From assembly GCA_049997795.1 (NCBI GenBank), contig JBEKVT010000002.1:65664-129663 (forward strand): DNA of 64,000 nucleotides, written 5' to 3'. Both the position numbers and the translations under genes were made by a program. Shown here in pieces: positions 28,035 through 37,555 of the stretch. Under the pieces are notes generated by a model. It searched no databases and was not told the DNA's origin. It saw only the letters and a list, made by a program, of their open reading frames with translations. Numbering within the stretch: position 1 is the first letter of the stretch; each line of letters starts with the position of its first letter. This stretch comes from Minisyncoccia bacterium (lineage in GTDB: Bacteria > Patescibacteriota > Minisyncoccia > Phycocordibacterales > PALSA-1337).

Positions 28035-28151
28035 ATGAAAGTCAGAGCCGCGGTCAAGCGAATATGCCCGAAATGCAAGATCGTCCGCCGACGGGGCTAT
28101 GTTTACGTGGTCTGCAAGGCTAACCCGCGCCATAAGCAACGGCAAGGATAA
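28035..28151 (+). CDS. rpmJ: 50S ribosomal protein L36 (not in ORF track)
   Basis: Hand translation [38 protein letters not shown]. Confidence 0.97.
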   Translation: MKVRAAVKRICPKCKIVRRRGYVYVVCKANPRHKQRQG

Positions 28152-28155
28152 TCTT

Positions 28156-28536
28156 ATGCGCATCCTAGGAGTAACACTGCCGGAGAACAAGCGGATGGAG
28201 ATCGCGTTGACCGCCATATACGGCGTCGGCCGTTCCAGGGCCCGCCAGATCCTTTTGAAGACCCGAGTCGACGGCGGCCTTTCTCCCAAGGATCTTTCGG
28301 TCGACCAGGAGAACGCCGTCCGCAAGGAGATCGAGGGTTTCAAGATCGAAGGCGACCTGAAGCGGGAAGTGGCCGGTAACATCAAGCGCCTGAAGGACAT
28401 CAAGACCTATCGCGGCCTCCGCCATTCCCGGCATCTCCCCGCGCGCGGCCAGCGGACCAAGACCAATTCCAGGACCGTCCGAGGCAACACCAGAAAGACC
28501 ATGGGCTCCGGCCGGCGCAAGGAAGAGAAGACATAA
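28156..28536 (+). CDS. rpsM: 30S ribosomal protein S13
   Basis: MRILGV...IALTAIYGVG...YRGLRH...RGQRTKTNSRT. Confidence 0.97.
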   Translation: MRILGVTLPENKRMEIALTAIYGVGRSRARQILLKTRVDGGLSPKDLSVDQENAVRKEIEGFKIEGDLKREVAGNIKRLKDIKTYRGLRHSRHLPARGQRTKTNSRTVRGNTRKTMGSGRRKEEKT

Positions 28537-28546
28537 TCATCCATAT

Positions 28547-28984
28547 ATGGGAAAGAAACGCATAGTCACAAGCGAGACGGGAGAAGGAGCCGCGGCCGAG
28601 AACAAGCCGAAGGCTTCTCCCGCATCCGGGAAGAAGCACTTGGAATCTGGCGTCTTGTACGTCCAATCAACATACAACAACACCAAGCTGTCCTTGGCAG
28701 ACAGGGAAGGCAACGTCCTCTTGTGGGGATCGAGCGGCGGCGCCGGCTTCAGGGGCGCCAAGAAGGGCACGCCATTCGCCGCCGCCAAGGTCGGCGAAGC
28801 CCTGGCTGCCCGGGCCCAGAGCCTCGGCCTGAAAGAAGTCAGTATCGTAGTGAAGGGCGTCGGCTCCGGCCGCGAGTCCGCCATCCGCGGCTTCGTGAGC
28901 AAAGGCCTTGGCATCGTCTCCATCAAGGACGAGACGCCGGTGCCGTTCAACGGCCCGTCGCCGAAGAAGCCCCGCCGCGTCTAA
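28547..28984 (+). CDS. rpsK: 30S ribosomal protein S11
   Basis: STYNNT...GFRGAKKGTPFAA...GVGSGRESAIR...TPVPFNG. Confidence 0.97.
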   Translation: MGKKRIVTSETGEGAAAENKPKASPASGKKHLESGVLYVQSTYNNTKLSLADREGNVLLWGSSGGAGFRGAKKGTPFAAAKVGEALAARAQSLGLKEVSIVVKGVGSGRESAIRGFVSKGLGIVSIKDETPVPFNGPSPKKPRRV

Positions 28985-28993
28985 TCAATCATC

Positions 28994-29599
28994 ATGCGAA
29001 TCGGCCCACGCTACAAGAAAGCCCGCTATCTCGGCACTCCCGTCTTCAGGAAGACCCAGACCCAGAAGTACGCCATGCGCGCCCAGCGCAAGCAGAAGAC
29101 GCCGCGGAGGCGCGGAGGCAAGAGCGAGTACGGCCGGCAGCTCCTGGAGAAGCAGAAGGCCCGCTACAGCTACGGCGTCTCCGGCGGCCAGTTCACCAAC
29201 TACGTGAGGAAGGCCCTCCGGGCCGAAGGCGACAACGCCAAGAACCTGATTTGCCTCCTCGAGAGCCGGCTCGACAATGTGGTGGTCAGGGCTGGCTTCG
29301 CTCCGACCCGTGCGGCCGCCCGGCAGATGGTCTCGCACGGCCACATCACCGTCGGCGGCAAGATCGTCACCGTGCCGTCTTACGGGGTCGAGGTCGGCGA
29401 CGTCATAGCCATCCGCGAAGGCAGCCGGAAGAAAGCCTTGTTCGCCAAATTGGACGAGGAGCTCGCGGACGTGAAGACGCCGGCTTGGCTCGTTGTCGAC
29501 CCTTCGAAGAGGGAGATCCGGATCAACGGAGAGCCCGCGGCCGAGGCAAGCGACCTTTTGTTCGACGTGCGTTCGGTCCTGGAATTCTACACCCGCTAG
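28994..29599 (+). CDS. rpsD: 30S ribosomal protein S4
   Basis: SEYGRQLLEKQKAR, LESRLDNVV, ARQMVSHGH. Confidence 0.97.
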   Translation: MRIGPRYKKARYLGTPVFRKTQTQKYAMRAQRKQKTPRRRGGKSEYGRQLLEKQKARYSYGVSGGQFTNYVRKALRAEGDNAKNLICLLESRLDNVVVRAGFAPTRAAARQMVSHGHITVGGKIVTVPSYGVEVGDVIAIREGSRKKALFAKLDEELADVKTPAWLVVDPSKREIRINGEPAAEASDLLFDVRSVLEFYTR

Positions 29600-29648
29600 A
29601 CTTCCGGGCTTTTTGAAGTATAATTACTCATTTATCCAATAAATCATC

Positions 29649-30623
29649 ATGACGTACGACATCGTCCTTCCTTCGAAGCCCAAGATCGTCCGCGAGGACG
29701 GCCCGAGCGGCGTGTATGAGATAGACGGCCTTTATCCGGGCTACGGTCACACTTTGGGCAATTCTCTGCGTCGCATCATCCTCTCGTCCCTGCCCGGCGC
29801 GGCCGTGACCCGGGTCAAGATCGCCGGCGTCGAGCATGAATTCTCGACCATAAGCGGCGTCAAAGAGGACGTCATCCTCATCATCCTTAACCTGAAGAAG
29901 CTCCGCATCCGCTTGAACACCGATGAGCCCCAGATCCTGAAGCTCAAAGGGAAAGGAGCCAAGGAATTGACTGGTAAGGACGTCGAGATCCCCGGCCAAG
30001 CCGAAATCCTGAATCCCGAACTGCACATCGCCACTCTCTCCGAAAAGTCGGCCGAGCTCGACATCGAGATGACCGTCGAGAAGGGCCTGGGCTACGTGCC
30101 GAAGGAGAGCCTTCAGAAAGAACGCGTGGAGATCGGCTCGATCACCCTGGACGCCGCCTTCACTCCCATCCGCAAGGCCAACTACGAAGTGGAGAACATG
30201 CGCGTCGGCGACCGCACCGATTTCAACCGCCTGCGCCTCTTCATCGAGACGGACGGCACCATAAGCCCGCGCGAAGCCATGGAGAAATCCATCATTTTGA
30301 TGATAGAACAGCTGAAGGCCATCGTAGGCTTCGTCGAGAAAGAGCCGGCAGCCCCGGCGGAAACGAAAGCTGAGGAGGGCGCGCCGACTCCGGCGACAAG
30401 GCCTGAAAGGGAGATCGATACCGAGCTTCTGAAGACTAGGATAGACGCTCTTAACCTGTCGTCCAGGACCGTTAAGGCCCTGACCAACGCCAATATCCGC
30501 ACTCTCGGGGGACTGGCCCGCAAGAAGGAGTCCGACATCATGGACGTCGACGGCCTGGGCGCCAAGGGCATGCAGGAGATCAAAAAATTACTGGCCCAAC
30601 AGGGCATCATCCTGAAACAATAA
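29649..30623 (+). CDS. rpoA: RNA polymerase alpha subunit
   Basis: GYGHTLGNSLRRIILSSLPG, HEFSTISGVKED, C-terminal alpha-CTD. Confidence 0.98.
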   Translation: MTYDIVLPSKPKIVREDGPSGVYEIDGLYPGYGHTLGNSLRRIILSSLPGAAVTRVKIAGVEHEFSTISGVKEDVILIILNLKKLRIRLNTDEPQILKLKGKGAKELTGKDVEIPGQAEILNPELHIATLSEKSAELDIEMTVEKGLGYVPKESLQKERVEIGSITLDAAFTPIRKANYEVENMRVGDRTDFNRLRLFIETDGTISPREAMEKSIILMIEQLKAIVGFVEKEPAAPAETKAEEGAPTPATRPEREIDTELLKTRIDALNLSSRTVKALTNANIRTLGGLARKKESDIMDVDGLGAKGMQEIKKLLAQQGIILKQ

Positions 30624-30632
30624 CCGTCTATC

Positions 30633-30983
30633 ATGCGCCACCATTCGAACGTCAGGAAATTCGGCCGAGAGAAGAACCAGAGAAAAGCTCTGGTGCGTTC
30701 TTTGGCGCGCAACCTCATACGGGACAGCCGGATTCGGACCACCGTGGCCAAAGCCAAAGAGCTCAGGCCTTTTATCGAGAAGCTCGTGACCCGCGCCAAG
30801 ACCACCACTGTGGCTTCGCGCCGCCTGGTGAACTCCAGGATAATGGGCGCCACGGAGACCAAGAAGCTCTTCGACGAGATAGCCCCCAAGTACAAGGACC
30901 GCCATGGCGGCTATACGAGGATCGTCCGCCTGCCCTCGCGCGAATTAGACGGCAGCCCTATGGCCCTGATCGAATTCGTCTAA
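30633..30983 (+). CDS. rplQ: 50S ribosomal protein L17
   Basis: MRHH...IRTTVAKAKELR...GGYTRI. Confidence 0.97.
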   Translation: MRHHSNVRKFGREKNQRKALVRSLARNLIRDSRIRTTVAKAKELRPFIEKLVTRAKTTTVASRRLVNSRIMGATETKKLFDEIAPKYKDRHGGYTRIVRLPSRELDGSPMALIEFV

Positions 30984-30987
30984 AGCC

Positions 30988-31332
30988 ATGAAGCACGTAA
31001 TCGACGCGCAAGGCAAGAAGATCGGCAGGGTCGCGAGCCAAGCGGCGGCCGTCCTTCTCGGCAAGGATTCGCCGAGCTTCGCCAAGAATAAGGTGGCGGA
31101 GAGGCAAGTGGAGATCGTGAACGCCGGGAAAGCCGATGTGCCGCCCAGGAAGAAGCGGGACGACGTCTACGTGACCTATACCGGCCACCGGGGCGGCCTG
31201 AATAAGGAAACTCTCGGAAATCTGATCGCTCGCCGCGGCATGAAGGAAGTCTTCCGCCGGGCCGTCTATAGAATGCTGCCGTCGAACAAGCTGCGCGACA
31301 TCCGCATGAAGAATCTCACCATTAAAGAATAA
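30988..31332 (+). CDS. rplM: 50S ribosomal protein L13
   Basis: IDAQGKKIGRVAS...LLGK...YTGHRGG...AVYRMLP. Confidence 0.94.
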   Translation: MKHVIDAQGKKIGRVASQAAAVLLGKDSPSFAKNKVAERQVEIVNAGKADVPPRKKRDDVYVTYTGHRGGLNKETLGNLIARRGMKEVFRRAVYRMLPSNKLRDIRMKNLTIKE

Positions 31333-31335
31333 AAC

Positions 31336-31749
31336 ATGACGCCGACCGCCAAACCAGTGAGCAAATATTTCGAAGCCGTCGGGCGGCGCAAGACCGCCGT
31401 GGCCCGCGTCCGGCTCTTTCCGGGGAAGGAAACGCGCTATGAAGTGAACGGCAAGGCCTTGGAGGCATATTTTCCGGTCAAGGAGATGCAGATCACGGCT
31501 TCGGAATCCATGAAGAACGCCAAGGCCGCCGAGAAATTCATGGTCTCCGCCAAGATCAGGGGCGGCGGCATTGCCGCCCAATCGGAAGCTCTGCGCCTCG
31601 GCATCGCCCGCGCCCTCACAGTCTACGACCAGAATCTCCGCGGCCCTCTGAAGAAGGCCGGCTACCTGAAGCGCGACGCCCGGGCCAAGGAGCGCCGCAA
31701 GTTCGGCCTGAAGAAGGCCCGCAAGGCCCCGCAGTGGTCCAAGCGCTAA
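31336..31749 (+). CDS. rpsI: 30S ribosomal protein S9
   Basis: GRRKTAVARVRL, GGGIAAQ, ERRKFGLKKARKAPQWSKR. Confidence 0.97.
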   Translation: MTPTAKPVSKYFEAVGRRKTAVARVRLFPGKETRYEVNGKALEAYFPVKEMQITASESMKNAKAAEKFMVSAKIRGGGIAAQSEALRLGIARALTVYDQNLRGPLKKAGYLKRDARAKERRKFGLKKARKAPQWSKR

Positions 31750-31756
31750 ATCCCCC

Positions 31757-32326
31757 ATGAAGGATAAGAAGCACGACGACATCTCGATTGGAACGGACGA
31801 GAGTCTGGATGATTCGGTCGTGGCCGAGGAAGCCGCCGCGGAGACCATCAAAAAGCTCCGGGAGAAGCTGAAGGCTTCCGAGAAGGAAAGGCATGAATAC
31901 CTGACCGGCTGGCAAAGGGCTAAGGCAGATCTCATCAACGCCAGGAAGCGCGACGAGGCCGATCGCGTCGAATTCATGAAGTTCGCCAACGAGCGGCTCG
32001 TCGACGGCCTGATCCCGGTCCTTGAGAGCTTCGATCTGGCCGTGGCGAACAAGGAGGCCTGGGAGAAGGCCGACAAGAGCTGGCGCACTGGCGTGGAATA
32101 CATCCATTCGCAATTGAAAAAGGCCCTGAATGACGCCGGACTCGAAGAAATAAATCCTGTCGGCAAGCTCTTCGATCACAACCGCGACGAAGCGGCCGAA
32201 TACGTGCCTGTCGAGAAAGAGGCCGACCATCACAAGATCATTTCCGTGGTACAAAAAGGATATTCGCTCCACGGCAAGATCATGCGTCCGCCGAAGGTCA
32301 GGGTAGGGGAATTCAAGAAGCCGTAA
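31757..32326 (+). CDS. grpE: Nucleotide exchange factor GrpE
   Basis: RAKADLINARKR, LIPVLESF, QKGYSLHGKIMRPPKVRV. Confidence 0.95.
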   Translation: MKDKKHDDISIGTDESLDDSVVAEEAAAETIKKLREKLKASEKERHEYLTGWQRAKADLINARKRDEADRVEFMKFANERLVDGLIPVLESFDLAVANKEAWEKADKSWRTGVEYIHSQLKKALNDAGLEEINPVGKLFDHNRDEAAEYVPVEKEADHHKIISVVQKGYSLHGKIMRPPKVRVGEFKKP

Positions 32327-32376
32327 AATAAAAAACCGCGGACTAGATGCCCGCGGCTGTCGAACGTGCCGTTCCT

Positions 32377-32748
32377 TTACGGCTTTTTCCTGAAGACCAC
32401 GGTATAGCCGACGGCTTCCCCGTAAGCGGAGTCAAAGCGGCCTTGCTTCACGACATCCGGAGCGATGGCCGACACTTCCAGCCCGGGATGCGAGTCGAGG
32501 AACGACTTCAGGGTCTGCGGGAAATCCAGGTGGACTTGGGGAAAATAATAGATGATCTCCGAGAATCGGAGCGGCTGATGGCACTGTTTCGCTTCTTCCA
32601 GCGCCTCATCTGGCGTCGGCCTCTGCTTCTGCTGTCGTTGCACCTCATTATAGATTTTCTGATAAGCCGGGACAGCTATAGCGACAAGGAGGCCGATGAT
32701 GCAGACGATTATCATGCCCTCGATGAGCGTAAAAGCCCTGTTCTTCAT
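32377..32748 (-). CDS. Type IV pilin-like protein
   Basis: Class III signal KNRA|FTLIEGMIIVCIIGLLVAIAVPAY with Glu+5; own TTGACA promoter and SD. Confidence 0.85.
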   Translation of the reverse strand: MKNRAFTLIEGMIIVCIIGLLVAIAVPAYQKIYNEVQRQQKQRPTPDEALEEAKQCHQPLRFSEIIYYFPQVHLDFPQTLKSFLDSHPGLEVSAIAPDVVKQGRFDSAYGEAVGYTVVFRKKP

Positions 32749-32895
32749 AAGTGGGTTCCTTTCCGATATGTGGTTTTAAAACAACTAGTGGATATTGGAG
32801 GCGTTTAATGTAACATTTATGGGTAAATATGTCAATACCAATCGGATTAAAAAGCCGCGGGCAAGATGTCCGCGGCCCTCAACTTGGCAATGGCC

Positions 32896-33093
32896 TTATG
32901 AAGTCGGGCGCTTCTTCAGTTTGTTCAGGAGATCGGGGATACCGAACTCCTTGAGATCACAGAGGTTGCCCCAGAGACTGCCGAGCAGGGCCAATACGAC
33001 AAGCACCACAATCCCCACGCACCCCACGAGCGTGACCATGACATCACAGAGAAAGTGGCCGATTTTCCCAAGACAGAAAGAGACTATCTTCAT
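32896..33093 (-). CDS. Small orphan membrane protein, 65 aa
   Basis: SD GGAGA; TTGACA-N18-TAAGAT promoter; one TM. Confidence 0.6.
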   Translation of the reverse strand: MKIVSFCLGKIGHFLCDVMVTLVGCVGIVVLVVLALLGSLWGNLCDLKEFGIPDLLNKLKKRPTS

Positions 33094-33211
33094 GACTATC
33101 TCCAGGTTAAAGGTTTAGAGATCAACTAAGCTGTCTAAATCTTAACATATAATAATTCAATTTGTCAAGCAACCCTTGACCTGTGCATAAATATGCTATA
33201 ATGGCCCCGTA

Positions 33212-33517
33212 ATGCTCACGCCGTATATACAGCCAAGATTCGTAGAAAAGGTCATTTCTGACCGCTCTGGCCGCCGATTCCGGATGATATTCCTGGTGGC
33301 GCTCGTGGACGGGGAAGTGAAAGGACGCCTGATCTCCGTAGAGCTGATCGTCGAATCTTTCCGCTCCGCTGAATGCGTCGCTTGTTTGCCGGGCGCCAGC
33401 ATCAAAAAGGTCCCCGCAACCGAATATATTCCTACTTTCGCTCCGGCCGTTTCTCCATATTTTTCTCTGGAATTTCTCATAAACAGCCAACCCACTCGGG
33501 CGCCCGCTTATAGATAA
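33212..33517 (+). CDS. Hypothetical 101-aa protein upstream of dnaK, ending QPTRAPAYR
   Basis: TGCTATAAT 9 nt upstream; beta-rich N-terminus, Pro-rich linker, RAP near the C-terminus. Confidence 0.65.
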   Translation: MLTPYIQPRFVEKVISDRSGRRFRMIFLVALVDGEVKGRLISVELIVESFRSAECVACLPGASIKKVPATEYIPTFAPAVSPYFSLEFLINSQPTRAPAYR

Positions 33518-33608
33518 GCGTAATGCCCCTTAATCGGGGTGTTACGGGAACGCAGAATAGATTTTTGCGTGTTTATGTTATTCGTTATCACTTAATCAAA
33601 CAATAATC

Positions 33609-35501
33609 ATGTCCAAAATCATCGGAATAGACCTAGGCACGACATTCTCGGCAGTAGCCGTCGTGGAAGCCGGCGTGCCGAAAGTGCTCGAGAACGCCGA
33701 GGGCGCCAGGACCACGCCGTCGATCGTCGCCCAATCAAGAACGGGCGAGCGGATGGTCGGCCTTCTGGCCAGACGCCAAGCTGTCACCAACCCCAAGAAC
33801 ACCATCTTCCAGATCAAGCGCTTCATGGGCCATACTTTCGACGAGCCGGGCGTCCAAAAGGACATCAAGAACGTCTCGTTCGATGTCCACAAGGCCGCGA
33901 ATGGCGGCGTCGAGGTCAAGATGGCCGACAAATGGTACCGGCCGGAAGAGATCTCGGCCATGATCCTCACCAAACTGAAGACCGACGCCGAGACTAGGCT
34001 CGGTGAGAAGATCACCGACGCCGTCATCACCGTGCCGGCCTACTTCAACGACTCCCAGCGCCAGGCCACCAAGGACGCAGGTAAGATCGCCGGCCTCGAC
34101 GTCAAGCGCATCATCAACGAACCCACGGCCGCAGCTCTGGCTTACGGCTTCAACAAGAAGAAGAACGAGAAGATCGCTGTCTTCGACTTCGGCGGCGGCA
34201 CCTTCGACATCTCCGTTCTGGAAGTCGGCGACGACGTCGTAGAGGTCAAATCCGTCGACGGTGACAGCCATCTCGGTGGCCGCGACATCGACGCCAAGAT
34301 CGTCAATTGGCTGGCCGATACCTTCAATAAGGAGAACGGTATCGATCTGCGCAAGGATCCTTTGGCATTGCAGAGGCTAGATGAGTCCGCGGAGAAAGCC
34401 AAGATCGAGCTCTCGACCGCCATGCAGACTGAGATCAATGTCCCCTTCGTCTCGTCCGGCGCCGACGGGCCGAAACACCTTCTGGTGACCATGACTCGCG
34501 CCAAGCTCGAGGAGATCTGCCAGGAATTCATCGACCGGGCCATGATGATCACCAAGCGCGCCATGGAGGCCTCGCCTTTCAAGATCGGCGAGATCAACGA
34601 AGTGGTCCTGGTCGGCGGCCAGACGCGCATGCCGGCCCTGCAGGAGGCAGTCAAGAAATTCTTCGGCAAAGACCCTCACATGGGCGTCAACCCGGACGAA
34701 GTCGTAGCAGTAGGCGCCGCAATAGAAGGCGGCATCCTCGGGGGCGAGGTCCGCGACGTCCTTCTCTTGGACGTCATCCCGTTGTCCCTCGGCATCGAGA
34801 CTTTGGGCGGCGTGGCCACGAAACTCATCGAAAAGAACACGACCGTGCCGACCCAGCGCTCGCAGATATTCTCTACGGCCGCGGATAATCAGACTTCCGT
34901 GGAAATCCACATAACCCAGGGCGAACGCGCCATGTCGGCGGACAATAAATCGCTAGGTAGGTTCATCCTGGACGGCATACCCCCGGCTCCGCGCGGCATG
35001 CCTCAGGTCGAAGTGACCTTCGACATCGACGCCAACGGCATCCTGAACGTCACCGCCAAGGATAAAGCTACGGGCAAGGCCAACAGCATCAAAATCACCG
35101 CCTCGTCCGGCTTGTCCAAGGAAGAGGTCGAGAAAATGAAGAAAGAGGCCGCGGCTCACGAAGCCGAAGACGCCAAGAAGAAAGAGGCCATCGAGGCCAA
35201 GAATATCGCCGAACAGCTTGTCTACACCTCGGAGAAGGCCTTGAAGGACGCCGGCGAGAAAGTCCCGGCTGAATTAAGGAAAACGATCGAAGACAAGATC
35301 TCCGACCTGAAGCGCGTCAAAGACGCGTCGACGCCGGATATGGCGGCCATCAGGACGGCCACGGAAGCGCTTTCGACCGAGATCCAGAAGATTGGCCAGT
35401 ACATGAGCCAGCAGGGAAGTCAGCCCGGCTCGAATGACGGCAAAGGCCCCGAAGGCGGCGACGGCAACGTCAAAGACGCCGAGTTCAAGGAGAAGAAGTA
35501 G
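33609..35501 (+). CDS. dnaK: Chaperone DnaK
   Basis: [48 protein letters not shown]. Confidence 0.99.
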   Translation: MSKIIGIDLGTTFSAVAVVEAGVPKVLENAEGARTTPSIVAQSRTGERMVGLLARRQAVTNPKNTIFQIKRFMGHTFDEPGVQKDIKNVSFDVHKAANGGVEVKMADKWYRPEEISAMILTKLKTDAETRLGEKITDAVITVPAYFNDSQRQATKDAGKIAGLDVKRIINEPTAAALAYGFNKKKNEKIAVFDFGGGTFDISVLEVGDDVVEVKSVDGDSHLGGRDIDAKIVNWLADTFNKENGIDLRKDPLALQRLDESAEKAKIELSTAMQTEINVPFVSSGADGPKHLLVTMTRAKLEEICQEFIDRAMMITKRAMEASPFKIGEINEVVLVGGQTRMPALQEAVKKFFGKDPHMGVNPDEVVAVGAAIEGGILGGEVRDVLLLDVIPLSLGIETLGGVATKLIEKNTTVPTQRSQIFSTAADNQTSVEIHITQGERAMSADNKSLGRFILDGIPPAPRGMPQVEVTFDIDANGILNVTAKDKATGKANSIKITASSGLSKEEVEKMKKEAAAHEAEDAKKKEAIEAKNIAEQLVYTSEKALKDAGEKVPAELRKTIEDKISDLKRVKDASTPDMAAIRTATEALSTEIQKIGQYMSQQGSQPGSNDGKGPEGGDGNVKDAEFKEKK

Positions 35502-35581
35502 TTCATCAAAACAAAAAAGACCTCCGCCGTTTCCCCGAGCGCAAGCTCCAGGAAAACGTACGGGGATCTTGGGGATGAAGT

Positions 35582-35833
35582 TCAGAACGGGGAAAAATCG
35601 TCGACCGAGATCGGGGGGAGCTTCTTCATCCACCTGCCGAGATTAATCAGCAGAAGGATGACGAAGACAAGGAGCGAGAAGTAAAGCGACGATTCGTATA
35701 GACCCGCGACCACCTTGCTCGGCGCATCCATCAACGGGATGCCGCCGAATCCCACCAGGCCGGAGAAGACGGTGATCATTACGAGCAGGGGAAAATTGAG
35801 AAATCCCCAAAACGACTTGAGTGACGCTGGCAT
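35582..35833 (-). CDS. Orphan 2-TM protein inserted between dnaK and dnaJ
   Basis: ATG 35833 (MPASLK...); TTGACT-N17-TAATCT promoter near 35923-35951 on minus strand; start uncertain. Confidence 0.55.
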   Translation of the reverse strand: MPASLKSFWGFLNFPLLVMITVFSGLVGFGGIPLMDAPSKVVAGLYESSLYFSLLVFVILLLINLGRWMKKLPPISVDDFSPF

Positions 35834-35959
35834 GCTGGAGGTTCGGTTTTGGATTCGGGAATAACCATGGCTTCCTTTCAGAGCCAACCCGTTGTTGATG
35901 TAAGAGGACCAAATTCAATTGGAGATTAAGACAAAACGTGTTACAAGTCAAGCCATTAA

Positions 35960-36874
35960 ATGAAAGACTACTACAAAACCTTGGGCATTGATAAGAGCGC
36001 TTCGAAAGAGGACGTCAAGAAGGCGTTCCGAAGGCTCGCGCACGAATTCCACCCGGACAAGACCAAGAATGACCCGGCGGCTTCGCAGAAATTCAAGGAA
36101 GCCAGCGAGGCGTACGCGATCCTGTCCGATGACCAGAAGCGCAAGCAGTACGACATGTTCGGCCAGGCCGGCCCGGGCTTCAATCCCGGCGCCGGCGGCT
36201 TCCAGGGCGGATTCAATCCGGGCCAAGGCTTCGGCGGCTTCGACTTCTCGGGCTTCGCCCAGAATGGCGGCTTCAATTTCACCCAGAACGGCGTGGAGTT
36301 CGACCTGGGCGACATCTTCGGCGAATTCTTCGGCGGTGGCCGGCGGCCGAGGAGAGGCCGGAACATCACGATCGACGTGGAGCTCCCGTTCAAGGAATCG
36401 ATCTTCGGAACGGAAAAGGAAGTGACGATCAACAACGAGCGCCTTACCGTGACCATCCCGCCGGGGGTGGAGAGCAATCAGGGCCTGCGGGTCAAGGAGA
36501 AGGGCGAGGAAGGCCCGGGCGGCCGGGGCGATCTCATCGTGCGCCTCTGGGTCAAGGAGCATCCCGTCTTCCGCAAGGAAGGTTTTAATCTCATCATGGA
36601 GCTCCAGATCAAGCTCACCGTGGCCCTTTTGGGCGGCACCGTCAATCTGGAGACCCTCGACGGCCCGATCGAGCTCAAGATCCCCGCCGGCACTTCCCAC
36701 GGCGAGATTCTGCGCCTAAAAGGCAAGGGCGTGCCGTACGAAAGCTCCGGCGGCATGTTCAGCGGTCACGGCAAGCGCGGCGACCTCCTCATCGTCACCA
36801 AAGTCGTCATGCCCAAGAAGCTGTCAAAGGAGGCGCAGAGACTGATTGACGAGCTCAAAAAAGAGGGTATTTGA
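35960..36874 (+). CDS. dnaJ: DnaJ-family co-chaperone without zinc finger (class B/CbpA-like)
   Basis: DYYKTLG...HPD J-domain, G/F-rich region, C-terminal domain; no CxxCxGxG repeats. Confidence 0.9.
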   Translation: MKDYYKTLGIDKSASKEDVKKAFRRLAHEFHPDKTKNDPAASQKFKEASEAYAILSDDQKRKQYDMFGQAGPGFNPGAGGFQGGFNPGQGFGGFDFSGFAQNGGFNFTQNGVEFDLGDIFGEFFGGGRRPRRGRNITIDVELPFKESIFGTEKEVTINNERLTVTIPPGVESNQGLRVKEKGEEGPGGRGDLIVRLWVKEHPVFRKEGFNLIMELQIKLTVALLGGTVNLETLDGPIELKIPAGTSHGEILRLKGKGVPYESSGGMFSGHGKRGDLLIVTKVVMPKKLSKEAQRLIDELKKEGI

Positions 36875-36950
36875 TATAAAAACACCCTCGCCGCCGGAGC
36901 GGGGAGGGTGCAGTGGTTTGCGGGTGTTGGCAGCAGGGCCGTATTATTGG

Positions 36951-37415
36951 CTAGGAACTCGGTGGATTCACATCACTCCTGTATTCATCCGCCGTTTTGA
37001 TGTTGCCGACAAAGTAAACTGATGTTCCTTGCGTCCTCGGATAGAGCAGGTAGGCCTTGTCGCCCTTGTCCAAGAACTTCATCTTGAGACAGACATTGTT
37101 ATCGGGCGAACAAATTGCCAGGACCACCGGCAACTCCATGCGCTTTACGTAAGCTTGATCTACGGGTGTTTCGGCCGCAGGCGTTCTGGAGAGATAACAC
37201 GTCACTTCCCACAATTGAGCTTTCTCGTTCCAGATCGGCTTGCTGGCGATGGTGCACCAGCCAACCTCGTCCGCAGGGATCGTTGATGCCTGAGTCGTTG
37301 CTGGGGCCTGGGCTGTTGAGGGGAGGATAACCTTAAACCAGAAGAAGGTGAAGGCTATAAGCAGGACAAACAATGCAGCAACAAGGAAATCTTTAGTTCC
37401 ATCTTTAATTTTCAT
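36951..37415 (-). CDS. Orphan membrane-anchored protein
   Basis: SD CAGGAGA before ATG 37415 (MKIKDG...); N-terminal TM; 4 Cys; TTGACA-N16-TATTAT promoter. Confidence 0.65.
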   Translation of the reverse strand: MKIKDGTKDFLVAALFVLLIAFTFFWFKVILPSTAQAPATTQASTIPADEVGWCTIASKPIWNEKAQLWEVTCYLSRTPAAETPVDQAYVKRMELPVVLAICSPDNNVCLKMKFLDKGDKAYLLYPRTQGTSVYFVGNIKTADEYRSDVNPPSS

Positions 37416-37555
37416 AAAGTCTCCTGAAAGCTCAAACCTCATCGCGTGATTGCGATTACAAAGAGCAGTGTTAAGGTTTAGCTAGCTAAATAATACATTG
37501 ATTTAATATTTTGTCAATGGTATAGAAAACCCTGAATTCTTGGTATTATTTACCC

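Noticed and set aside
33100-33608. CIRCE/HrcA operator for dnaK
   Set aside because: No TTAGCACTC-N9-GAGTGCTAA seen here or before grpE or dnaJ
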